Position numbers and translations under genes: made by a program. Shown here piece by piece: positions 1 to 9,976 of a DNA stretch of 50,818 bases. The stretch's first letter is position 1; each line of letters starts with the position of its first letter. The notes below the pieces were generated by a model. It made no database searches, was not told the DNA's origin, and saw nothing but the letters and a program-made list of their open reading frames with translations. The DNA comes from Clostridiales bacterium (lineage in GTDB: Bacteria > Bacteroidota > Bacteroidia > Bacteroidales > Muribaculaceae), in contig JAMPBP010000007.1 in the NCBI GenBank assembly GCA_023666645.1, forward strand, positions 1 to 50,818, read 5' to 3'.

Positions 1-53
1 AACTGCTGTAAACGGTTTTGCAGACCGGTGCCTAACCACTCGGCCAAGGAACC
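1..53 (-). tRNA. Probable tRNA gene, 5' portion only, truncated by the window edge; anticodon tentatively GCA (Cys)
   Basis: The minus strand reads GGTTCCT-TG-GCC-GAGTGGTTA-GGC-A-CCGGT-CTGCAAA-ACCGT-TTACA-GCAGT.... This gives a 7-nt acceptor arm, a classic GCCGAGTGGTtAGGC D-arm, an anticodon stem with one C-T mismatch, a 7-nt loop of form CT-GCA-AA, and the start of a T-stem. The 3' half lies outside the window. Confidence 0.4.
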
Positions 54-70
54 ATATTGTGGTTTTGTGA

Positions 71-136
71 GTGCAAAGGTATTTATCATTTTTGACATGT
101 GCAAGTTTTTTCGCAAAAAATATCGTACCTTTGCAC
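71..136. promoter_or_regulatory. Divergent promoter region: identical Bacteroidetes -7 elements TAccTTTGcac on both strands, at 71-81 (minus, toward the tRNA) and 126-136 (plus, toward the ABC-F gene)
   Basis: An 11-bp perfect inverted repeat, gtgcaaaggta / tacctttgcac, matches the TAnnTTTG consensus. No well-spaced -33 TTTG was found for either copy. Confidence 0.4.
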
Positions 137-176
137 TTGATTTTTGAAACCATAACTTTTAAAATTCATCCAATAG

Positions 177-1805
<1,629 letters not shown>

Positions 1806-1857
1806 TCACCTCTATATTAAATGCATTTTTTTAATTCCAATATAACTGACTATTGCA

Positions 1858-2151
1858 ATGGTAAAACATATAGTAACATTTAAGCTGACAGGCACCGATG
1901 CCGAGCGTCATGAGGTAGCCTTTCGTTTCAAAGAGGCTTTGCTTGCACTTCCTTCACAGATCGATGTACTACGTTCTATAGAAGTAGGCATCAACGAGAA
2001 TAAAAATGAGAGCTGGGACGTAGTGCTCACAGCCATCGTCGACACAATGGATCAGGTTGAAGTCTATGCCAAGCACCCTGCCCACGTCGCTGCAGCTGCC
2101 CTCCTTGCCGGTCACAAGGCCGAAAGAGCATGCGTGGACTACTGTATCTGA
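1858..2151 (+). CDS. Dabb family stress-responsive A/B-barrel protein
   Basis: The 97-aa protein starts MVKHIVTFKL and ends ...HKAERACVDYCI, which is typical Dabb size and N-terminal pattern. Confidence 0.7.
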   Translation: MVKHIVTFKLTGTDAERHEVAFRFKEALLALPSQIDVLRSIEVGINENKNESWDVVLTAIVDTMDQVEVYAKHPAHVAAAALLAGHKAERACVDYCI

Positions 2152-2156
2152 ATTTA

Positions 2157-2186
2157 GAGCCCATTCCTTATCGAATGGGCTCTAAT
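2157..2186. repeat. Palindromic REP-like element family 1, copy A (TAGAGCCCATTC-cttatc-GAATGGGCTCTA)
   Basis: A perfect 12-bp stem with a 6-nt loop sits immediately after the Dabb stop. It is near-identical to 4518-4547, where the loop is inverted to gataag. A partial copy lies at 46054-46077. Confidence 0.6.
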
Positions 2187-2386
2187 TATGTCCTTGTAAT
2201 ATTCGAAGATTGTTTGTATCTTTGCAATATAAAAAGAATCTGACAATGACACGATAATATATTTGTTATCACAAAATACAATGTAATTCCTTCCTTTATC
2301 AAGCTATTACAACTGTCTTTACCGGCACGATACATGAAACGCGTCCTGCAGATTTACTTGAAATTTTAAAGATAAGATAACCGAAC

Positions 2387-3313
2387 ATGAACAACACATT
2401 GGCATCTTTGATAACGCTGCTTGGTTTTACAGTAGCCGCATGCAACAGCGATATATTTGTTGAACCGATACCTGATACTGTAGATTCAATAACATTGAGC
2501 GGAGACAATGGATCATGCGTTGTGAAAATCCACAAGAAAGGACTTGTGAATGTAAGTTTTGACAATAATTTTGACTCATTCAACACTCAAGTGACTGCAT
2601 TTGATAAAAATGGAGAGCGCCTTAACAATATCGATATCAAAAAAACAGCCTTGATTCAATATTCTTCCAACCGCTTTCTCATAGAATTCCGAATAAAAGG
2701 GGAAGAAGTAGAGATAACAGCTGTCGATAACACTTACGACTCGACTATCGACATAAGCGTCATACTTGAATATAGCTATACAGCCAAAAGTATTCAACTA
2801 CATATAACACCGGGGCTGCCTTTTGAAATCGAATATCTCGGATATGACCAAAATAAACAAGAAACATGGACATATACCGAGCAACATGTGGGCGCAAAAT
2901 ACACTAATAACACATCATTAACCCAGCATTATATCATCTATCCTTATAAAGAAAACTGTTCTCAGATTACATTGACTCCATCGGAAACATGGAACAATGG
3001 CATCAAGGGAAATATTGATATTCCATGTTATATCGATGGAGAATGGAATTCGTTCTATCCCGATAAAGTTGATGTTACTTTAGGACGAACCACGTCGTTC
3101 TATACATCGGCGGTTAATGTTGATGAAGAAGTAATAGTAGAGATTCCACCATACACCTCGGTAAGGGATATAGTCTCTGTAACATACGTTTATCTCAACG
3201 CCGGTTACGTTGGCCTGTTAAAGATGCCAAATTCAGGACTATTATTCGAAACACAAGGTTTCTTGTTGCTTCAGCAGCCAATTGATTATAAAATAGAACT
3301 CTTACGTCAATGA
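2387..3313 (+). CDS. Hypothetical lipoprotein
   Basis: It has a signal peptide with lipobox (LLGFTVAAC-NSD). A -7-like TAtcTTTG lies upstream at about 2217. No recognisable enzymatic motif was found. Confidence 0.55.
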   Translation: MNNTLASLITLLGFTVAACNSDIFVEPIPDTVDSITLSGDNGSCVVKIHKKGLVNVSFDNNFDSFNTQVTAFDKNGERLNNIDIKKTALIQYSSNRFLIEFRIKGEEVEITAVDNTYDSTIDISVILEYSYTAKSIQLHITPGLPFEIEYLGYDQNKQETWTYTEQHVGAKYTNNTSLTQHYIIYPYKENCSQITLTPSETWNNGIKGNIDIPCYIDGEWNSFYPDKVDVTLGRTTSFYTSAVNVDEEVIVEIPPYTSVRDIVSVTYVYLNAGYVGLLKMPNSGLLFETQGFLLLQQPIDYKIELLRQ

Positions 3314-4515
3314 ACACCCTTAAAATCAATATAATAATATTACTCTTGACGACGATTTATACTTCTGTTTCGGCACACGAAATCGATACCGTGACGACAG
3401 CGGGAGAGAATCATAAGCTTATGTGGCGCATAGGAGCGGAAGCAACTGCCGCTTATGTACCCGGTACAAATTTTTTTTTAAGAGGAAACAATAGTATTGA
3501 CAAGAGAATCAACTCAACCATTTCGGGCGATATAAAGGCTGATTTTACGTTCAATAGCTGTACCCGACAGGGGGCGCTATACAAAGGTGTCTATCAAGGA
3601 ATAGGCATAGGGATGCAATCATTTTTTGCAAACCAACTCCTTGGTACCCCGGCCACTGCCTACGTTTACCAAGGCTCACCGATATACAGTTTCACGCGCA
3701 ATCTATGGTTGGGCTACGAATGGAAATTTGGCGCCGCTATGGGTTGGAAGCATTATAAAGAAGATTCAGATGAAGAAAATGCATCGGTAAGTACTTCCAT
3801 TACTGCAATGTTGGCACTCGGATTGAAATTGCACTACAAGATGAATGACCGGTGGGAACTCTCAATGGGAATTGAATGCCGGCATTATTCCAATGGTAAC
3901 ACATCATGGCCCAATGCAGGCGTGAATACAATAGGTGCGACGGTAGGCATGGCGTATACTATCAATTTTGATAGAAATTCGGCTGCCGGTCGCGATTTGT
4001 ATCAATACGATGAGGAAAAGATTGCTCCATGGTTCTATGATATTGTCATATATGGAGCATGGCGCAAACGCTCTGTCTTAGTAGGGGATCCTATGACAGC
4101 TGAACTATGTCCTGGAAAATTTGGAGTAGTAGGCTTTCAGTTTTCTCCCATGAGGCGTTTCAACAAGTACTTTGCAGCCGGAGCATCTCTCGACTGCCAA
4201 TGGGATGAGAGTGCCGGTCTCGAGCCTTATTGGGTAGATTGGACCTACGGTGATTATATCAAATTCTATCGACCTCCTTTCCGGAAGCAAATCAACCTGG
4301 GTATGTCGGCTCATGCTGAGTTGATTATGCCAATATTTTCTGTAAATGCAGGTCTCGGCTACGACATCATAAACCCAAAGGGAGAAAAACGTTTTTACCA
4401 ATCATTGACTTTAAAAACTTTCGTAACAAAATTCTTGTTTCTGAATGTAGGTTATCGACTGGACAATTTTAAGAATCCCCAGAATCTGATGCTTGGTCTC
4501 GGTGTGAGGTTGTGA
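3310..4515 (+). CDS. Hypothetical secreted or outer-membrane protein (signal peptide, aromatic/Gly-rich, beta-barrel-like composition)
   Basis: The signal peptide is MNTLKINIIILLLTTIYTSVSA-HE. Its ATGA start overlaps the stop of the upstream lipoprotein gene, which suggests a two-gene unit. Confidence 0.5.
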   Translation: MNTLKINIIILLLTTIYTSVSAHEIDTVTTAGENHKLMWRIGAEATAAYVPGTNFFLRGNNSIDKRINSTISGDIKADFTFNSCTRQGALYKGVYQGIGIGMQSFFANQLLGTPATAYVYQGSPIYSFTRNLWLGYEWKFGAAMGWKHYKEDSDEENASVSTSITAMLALGLKLHYKMNDRWELSMGIECRHYSNGNTSWPNAGVNTIGATVGMAYTINFDRNSAAGRDLYQYDEEKIAPWFYDIVIYGAWRKRSVLVGDPMTAELCPGKFGVVGFQFSPMRRFNKYFAAGASLDCQWDESAGLEPYWVDWTYGDYIKFYRPPFRKQINLGMSAHAELIMPIFSVNAGLGYDIINPKGEKRFYQSLTLKTFVTKFLFLNVGYRLDNFKNPQNLMLGLGVRL

Positions 4516-4517
4516 TT

Positions 4518-4547
4518 AGGAGCCCATTCGATAAGGAATGGGCTCTA
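4518..4547. repeat. Palindromic REP-like element family 1, copy B (inverted loop orientation)
   Basis: The sequence aGGAGCCCATTC-gataag-GAATGGGCTCTA lies between convergent genes and overlaps the trkA stop. Confidence 0.6.
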
Positions 4548-5240
4548 ACTATGTGATATCTTTTTCATCATGGTTCTGTAATCATCGGCCTTACCATAGC
4601 ATGTGAAAATGTCACCCTCTCGCACTATCTCATCAGGAAGAGTTATGTCGATAGCAACGTTGTTTACGCGTTTCATACCAAGTATATTTGTTTCGGCATG
4701 ACTACGTGTGGCAACAACAAGAATAAGATTATAATGTTTCACTAAATCGAGCTGGGTATATTTCAAGCCATGGAAATAGGAGGGAGCTTTGAATTTCATT
4801 ACATATGAATCATCGCTTATTTCGAGTGTCTCAATCTCTGTACCCAATTTGAGTTCGCGGGCAAAGTCGCTGGCTGCCCTTTGCTCGGGGGTCAGGATTT
4901 TGTCGACATCAAGCCCTTCGAGAATTGACTGATGCAAAGTATCAATCGCTCTGGCAAAAATATGTTCCACACCCATTTTCTTTAGTAAGGCAACAGTCTT
5001 GACGCTTGCTCCAAAGTTTTCTCCTATGGCTACAATAACCGAGTCAACACTTTTAAGAGGTAGCACGGCCAGCGCTTGTTCATCGGTTGAATCAAGAATA
5101 TAGGCTGTGGATATATAATCCTTTACTCCCTCCACATTGGATTCATGAATATCGACACCAACTACTTCATTGCCCATGTCTGTAAGATCTATAGCAAGAT
5201 TAGATCCATAAATTCCGAGACCTATGACCAGATATTTCAT
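4545..5240 (-). CDS. trkA: TrkA/KtrA family K+ uptake regulatory subunit (RCK/NAD-binding)
   Basis: An N-terminal Rossmann motif (MKYLVIGLGIYGSNLA), RCK_N plus RCK_C-like organisation, and a TrkH gene directly upstream support this call. Confidence 0.8.
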   Translation of the reverse strand: MKYLVIGLGIYGSNLAIDLTDMGNEVVGVDIHESNVEGVKDYISTAYILDSTDEQALAVLPLKSVDSVIVAIGENFGASVKTVALLKKMGVEHIFARAIDTLHQSILEGLDVDKILTPEQRAASDFARELKLGTEIETLEISDDSYVMKFKAPSYFHGLKYTQLDLVKHYNLILVVATRSHAETNILGMKRVNNVAIDITLPDEIVREGDIFTCYGKADDYRTMMKKISHS

Positions 5241-5256
5241 ATTTCTAATATTTAAT

Positions 5257-7122
5257 TCAGTTGATTATTATGTCGCCAGTCGGATATTTTACTTGTCGAT
5301 TCTTAACGCTGTATGTGAATCCCATGAGCAAAGATAAAAGACCTACACGACCTATGAACATTGCAGTACATAACACTATTTTAGAGGCGACCCCAAGTTG
5401 AGGTGTAATGCCGAGTGATGACCCCACTGTAAACAATGCAGATACCGTTTCAAAAACTAATGCTTTTACCGGCAGTTCAGGCTCCAGAGCCATTATGGTT
5501 GCTGTGTATATAATAAGGGTGACTATAGCGAGGGCAAGAACGGCCTGAGCCCTGCGTATTGAGTTGACCGATATGCGACGGCCGAATGTTACGACATCGT
5601 TTCGTCCCAATATTACAGCCTTAAGATTGAGAAAGACTGCAGCTACCGTGTTGACTTTTACACCACCGGCCGTCGATTGTGATGCTCCTCCTATAATCAT
5701 AAGCACTATCATCATGAGTATAGTGAGATTATTGAACGAAGTGGACGATACCGATGAAAAGCCCGAACTTCGCGGTACAAAAGCATTGAACACCGACTGC
5801 ACCACTTGTTCATATAATGACATGCCTCTGAGTGTATTATCATGTTCCAAAATAAAGAAAAGTATTGCACTGACGAGATATAGCATCAAGGTCATGTATA
5901 GCACAATCTTAGTGTTGATATCATATATATGAACAGGGTTCTCCTCATATTGACGCTTCTTTATCCTATTCATGAGCCGCTTGAAATATTGAGACACAGC
6001 CGATTTGATATTGACCAAAATTGGGAAGCCTATTCCTCCGGCAAGTATCAACACACTGGCAATTATGTAAATGGACTGATTGGAATGTAACAATGCCTCA
6101 TTGGAAAGACCACCTTCTATATTGGAGAATCCCGCATTCATGAACGCGGTGAGCGAGTGGAACGCTGAAAAGATAATCTCATCCTCAACCGGCAATCCGA
6201 GAGTGTCGTGGACAGAAAAGAATATAACGATAGCTCCCACAACCTCTATTGTCAAGGTAAACATAAGGATATATAGCAAGGTGGGCAACAGGTTGTTCAT
6301 TGTGCGTGTATATACCATGTCACGAACCATTATCTGACTATATATTGATGCGTTGCCGCTGAAAAATAACGCGAATGAACTTGTAAAGGTCAAAACTCCA
6401 AGGCCTCCTATCTGTATCAGAATGGCAAGGATAAGAAGGCCTAAAGGAGTGAAAGTGGTAGAGATGTCGACTGATGTGAGCCCGGTAATTGATACCGCAC
6501 TTGTGGAAATGAACAAAGAGTCAATGTAACTTAGAGGTTGGCTGTTGACACATTTAGGCATCATCAGCAAAAAGGAGCCGAGAATGATAAAGAAAAAGAA
6601 ACTCGATCCGAGAATAACAGCCGGATTTGTGCGTCTTCCCAGAACCGATAGAATGCCTACACAGAATACAATCATCGAGTAAACTCCGAGAATTATGAAG
6701 TTGAAAATGTTGCTGTACAATATGCGTTCAAGAAAAGGCAACCATGGATTCTCGGGATGGGGATAGATGAGTGGAAGCAAAGTAATGAGAACAAGAGTGT
6801 CGATTATTAACCTGAAAGGTCTCTTACCTGTAAATATAGCTTTCCAATTGAATAAAAAGTTATAGAGGATATTTATGATATAAAAAACATGAATGAATCG
6901 TATTGTGCTGAACAATAAACGGTAGGAATGCTGATTATAATCAAAACCGGCCAGTATGATCAGGGCGATGAGCATTACAAATGATGCGACAAAAGTAAGG
7001 ATATCCATACCTGTCGTTATCACTCTTATAACGGGAGACCAGCGCGTTATGAAACGGTTGAATCCACGTGAAAGTGAATCCAACCGTTTTGTAACTTTTT
7101 TCAGTACCGGGCGGGGGGTCAT
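5257..7122 (-). CDS. trkH: TrkH/KtrB family K+ transporter membrane subunit, with a long N-terminal extension
   Basis: It is a polytopic membrane protein with repeated pore-loop motifs (SAVSITGL, IQIGGLGV, GGASQSTAGGVKVNT, FTVGSSLGITP). At 621 aa it is about 130 aa longer than typical TrkH proteins. Confidence 0.8.
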   Translation of the reverse strand: MTPRPVLKKVTKRLDSLSRGFNRFITRWSPVIRVITTGMDILTFVASFVMLIALIILAGFDYNQHSYRLLFSTIRFIHVFYIINILYNFLFNWKAIFTGKRPFRLIIDTLVLITLLPLIYPHPENPWLPFLERILYSNIFNFIILGVYSMIVFCVGILSVLGRRTNPAVILGSSFFFFIILGSFLLMMPKCVNSQPLSYIDSLFISTSAVSITGLTSVDISTTFTPLGLLILAILIQIGGLGVLTFTSSFALFFSGNASIYSQIMVRDMVYTRTMNNLLPTLLYILMFTLTIEVVGAIVIFFSVHDTLGLPVEDEIIFSAFHSLTAFMNAGFSNIEGGLSNEALLHSNQSIYIIASVLILAGGIGFPILVNIKSAVSQYFKRLMNRIKKRQYEENPVHIYDINTKIVLYMTLMLYLVSAILFFILEHDNTLRGMSLYEQVVQSVFNAFVPRSSGFSSVSSTSFNNLTILMMIVLMIIGGASQSTAGGVKVNTVAAVFLNLKAVILGRNDVVTFGRRISVNSIRRAQAVLALAIVTLIIYTATIMALEPELPVKALVFETVSALFTVGSSLGITPQLGVASKIVLCTAMFIGRVGLLSLLMGFTYSVKNRQVKYPTGDIIIN

Positions 7123-7817
7123 TTGGCGGTTGTCGAGAGAGAATTATCTGACAGTCGGGCAAGTTGGAACCCAGCGTTCAATCCATCATAGCTTTCAAGC
7201 AGCGATGAAACGGTTTTTACAGTCGAGTTTCCTGTGACGGCAGCTATTTTTGATACGAGGCTTACCAACTTGGATGCATCAAACGTGACATCAATATTAT
7301 TTCCACTTTTTGTAATAACCGATGTGAGATGCCCGAGATTCATTTTACCAAGTGCCTGAAAATTAAATATGAAATTTCCTTCCTCATCTTTTGTCAATTT
7401 ACCCTTCAAGGTAACTTTTTTTACTGCCATTGTAAATGTACTGTCATTATTTACTGTAAGTTGCAGCGACGTAATACCGGCTTTCTGATAATAAGGTGCC
7501 AATTTGCCCTCGAGTACTGAAGCGGCAGCCTCTCCTCCTGCTTTTTTCAACAGATTATCACTCTTGAATGCTACCGCCGGCTTGGCATAATTCCATGTGC
7601 CGGCCAAGTCTTTGATATTTACATCAGTAACCCCAAGTATATTCCCCAGCCCTCCAAGGAGACCGCCGAGTCCACCATTCGAACCGGTAGAGGTTGAATC
7701 GGCATTGTTGGCCGAACTTGCCGCTTTTTTCAATGCGCCCTTTAAATCAAATGCATTTCCTGTAAATGTAAACGAGACCAGCATCGCTACAAGGATTATC
7801 GATAGTATACGTTTCAT
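7119..7817 (-). CDS. Hypothetical secreted protein (Gly/Ser-rich N-terminal region); first gene of the trk operon
   Basis: The signal peptide is MKRILSIILVAMLVSFTFTGNA. Its stop overlaps the trkH start by 4 bp. Confidence 0.5.
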   Translation of the reverse strand: MKRILSIILVAMLVSFTFTGNAFDLKGALKKAASSANNADSTSTGSNGGLGGLLGGLGNILGVTDVNIKDLAGTWNYAKPAVAFKSDNLLKKAGGEAAASVLEGKLAPYYQKAGITSLQLTVNNDSTFTMAVKKVTLKGKLTKDEEGNFIFNFQALGKMNLGHLTSVITKSGNNIDVTFDASKLVSLVSKIAAVTGNSTVKTVSSLLESYDGLNAGFQLARLSDNSLSTTAK

Positions 7818-7926
7818 ATATGAATAGTTTAGTTACATTTTCATCAGGCCACAGTGCTTAAAATCTTCCTGAGCCTTTTAGTTATAACACAGTTCCGACA
7901 AATTTGTTTGCAGACTTGTCGTTGCT

Positions 7927-8709
7927 TCAATCGTTGTTTTGATCAAAGTATCCAAAGAGAGTTTTATAGTTGCGGGTAGTTATCACTTCAAGTTCTTCAA
8001 GCTCTATATCAAGGGTATTCGCTACATATTGTGCGGTATACAACAAATAGGCGCTTTCGTTGCGTTTTCCCCTCATAGGGACCGGTGCCAGATAGGGTGA
8101 GTCAGTTTCAAGAAGCAAACGGTCTACCCCGATATGAGAGAGGACTTCGCTTAGCCGCGAATTCTTGAACGTCACAATTCCGTTTATTCCAAAGTAATAG
8201 TCTCCTCTTGCCCTGATACGATCCACATCAGCGACTGTACCTCCGAAGCTGTGGAAAACGCCACGAGGAATTCTATCCAATGTGTCAAACACCTCAAGAA
8301 TTTCATCGAGTCCTTCCCTGCAATGTATTATCACAGGCAGATCATGCTGAACTGCAATCTGACATTGTATACGGAACACCTCTATCTGTTCAACCTTGAA
8401 AGTTCGATCCCAGTAAAGATCGATACCTATTTCTCCTATGGCTTTGTATATACCGGGCTGCAATTCTTTAAGAACTTGATCAAGGGATGATTCCCACTCA
8501 CTGTTGACCTCTGTAGGATGCAGTCCCATCGCCATATCGATATTACGGGGGAACTGTGATGCCAGACGTTTCATAGGAGTTATGGTTGTAATGTCAACAT
8601 TAGGGAACATCATATGTTCAACGCCCGATTCTATAGCTCGTCTTACCACAACGTCATTGTCGGGCGAGAAGTCATCAAGATATAAATGTGTGTGTGAGTC
8701 AATAAACAT
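7927..8709 (-). CDS. tatD: TatD family metal-dependent hydrolase/DNase
   Basis: The protein starts MFIDSHTHLYLDDF and has conserved His/Glu/Asp metal-ligand positions. Length is 260 aa. Confidence 0.9.
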   Translation of the reverse strand: MFIDSHTHLYLDDFSPDNDVVVRRAIESGVEHMMFPNVDITTITPMKRLASQFPRNIDMAMGLHPTEVNSEWESSLDQVLKELQPGIYKAIGEIGIDLYWDRTFKVEQIEVFRIQCQIAVQHDLPVIIHCREGLDEILEVFDTLDRIPRGVFHSFGGTVADVDRIRARGDYYFGINGIVTFKNSRLSEVLSHIGVDRLLLETDSPYLAPVPMRGKRNESAYLLYTAQYVANTLDIELEELEVITTRNYKTLFGYFDQNND

Positions 8710-8711
8710 AC

Positions 8712-9671
8712 TTAATGTTCACGTTTTAAGGCGTCTTGTGCAAGTTCCCTAAAGAAAGACTTGAACTCGGGCGATATAGCGTTGATTTCATCGATTGCAC
8801 TTATTGCGAGATTTGTAAGACGTGCTATTTCATCAAGACACATTCTATCCACACCAAGTTCCTGATAGAGACAAGTGACAGCCTTGATTTTTTCATTTCC
8901 ACTCAAGGTATCGGAGAGTGTTCTGAATTTTTCATAAGAGAGTGTCGAAACCATAACGCTCAGGTAACTTTTCTTGTCCTGCAATATATCTCCTCCTATC
9001 TGTTTGCCAAAAGTAGCCGGGTCACCAAAAGTGTCAAGATAGTCATCTCTCAATTGGAAAGCGAGGCCGAGATACTCGCCATAGCGGCTTATGGCATCGG
9101 TATCCTCTGGGGTCGCACCACCTCTTATCGCACCTATCTGACAGGCACACCCAAGCAAGACTGCAGTTTTCAACCGTATCATCTCCATATACTCTTCAAT
9201 CGAGACATCGTCGCGCGATTCAAAATTCATATCATACTGTTGCCCTTCATATATCTCAACAGCCGTATTATTGAAAATCGTCAAAACTTTCTCTCGGCAA
9301 TATTCAGGGCAATCACCCGCCAGTTTATTGGCAAGCGTGAGCATTGTATCACCCGACAGAATGGCAGTCGCCACATTCCATTGCTTGTGGACTGTAGGCT
9401 TCCCATGACGCATATCCGCGTTATCCATAACATCGTCATGAAGTAGAGTGAAATTATGGAACATCTCCACTGCGAGGGCTTGTGACTCGGCTATTTCGAA
9501 ATTGCCATTGAAGGCATCAGCGGTGGCACAAAGCAGAGTAGGGCGCAGGCGCTTTCCTCCACCTTGAAGCATATACTTTATGGGTTCATACAGACCTGTG
9601 GGTTGTTGTGGGAAATCAAGCCGATCAATCCACGAGTTCACAACAGCAGCATAATGTTGAATAGTAGGCAT
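8712..9671 (-). CDS. Polyprenyl diphosphate synthase (trans-isoprenyl diphosphate synthase family, IspB-like)
   Basis: It has the first DDxxD motif (LLHDDVMDNADMRHGKPT) and the second (FQLRDDYLD). Length is 319 aa. Confidence 0.9.
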   Translation of the reverse strand: MPTIQHYAAVVNSWIDRLDFPQQPTGLYEPIKYMLQGGGKRLRPTLLCATADAFNGNFEIAESQALAVEMFHNFTLLHDDVMDNADMRHGKPTVHKQWNVATAILSGDTMLTLANKLAGDCPEYCREKVLTIFNNTAVEIYEGQQYDMNFESRDDVSIEEYMEMIRLKTAVLLGCACQIGAIRGGATPEDTDAISRYGEYLGLAFQLRDDYLDTFGDPATFGKQIGGDILQDKKSYLSVMVSTLSYEKFRTLSDTLSGNEKIKAVTCLYQELGVDRMCLDEIARLTNLAISAIDEINAISPEFKSFFRELAQDALKREH

Positions 9672-9793
9672 ATTGGTTTAATAATAGATTCTTGCAAAAT
9701 GTAATGATTACAAATTTAGTCAAAAATTTTATTCTACGTGAAAAATTTCCTAATTTCGTAAATCAATATACTGAACATAATGAATAAGAAACA

Positions 9794-9976
9794 ATGATAA
9801 ACTCATTACCACAAGACCCATATATACTATTGAGCTTTGTAAACACCCGTTTGCGTGATAATTATGACTCTCTTGAGGCTCTGTGTGATGACCTGCACGC
9901 CGACATAGACAATCTTAAGGCCCGTCTTGCCGCCATAGGTTATGTTTACGACCAACAGCAAAATAAATTCATATGA
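9794..9976 (+). CDS. DUF4250-like small protein
   Basis: The 60-aa protein has the pattern PYILLSFVNTRLRDNYDSLEALCDD. Its stop overlaps the helicase start. Confidence 0.55.
   Translation: MINSLPQDPYILLSFVNTRLRDNYDSLEALCDDLHADIDNLKARLAAIGYVYDQQQNKFI

Noticed and set aside
8736-9446. 236-aa plus-strand ORF
   Set aside because: It is entirely antisense to the well-supported polyprenyl synthase gene and has a low-complexity, Cys/Ile-rich translation. It is a shadow ORF.
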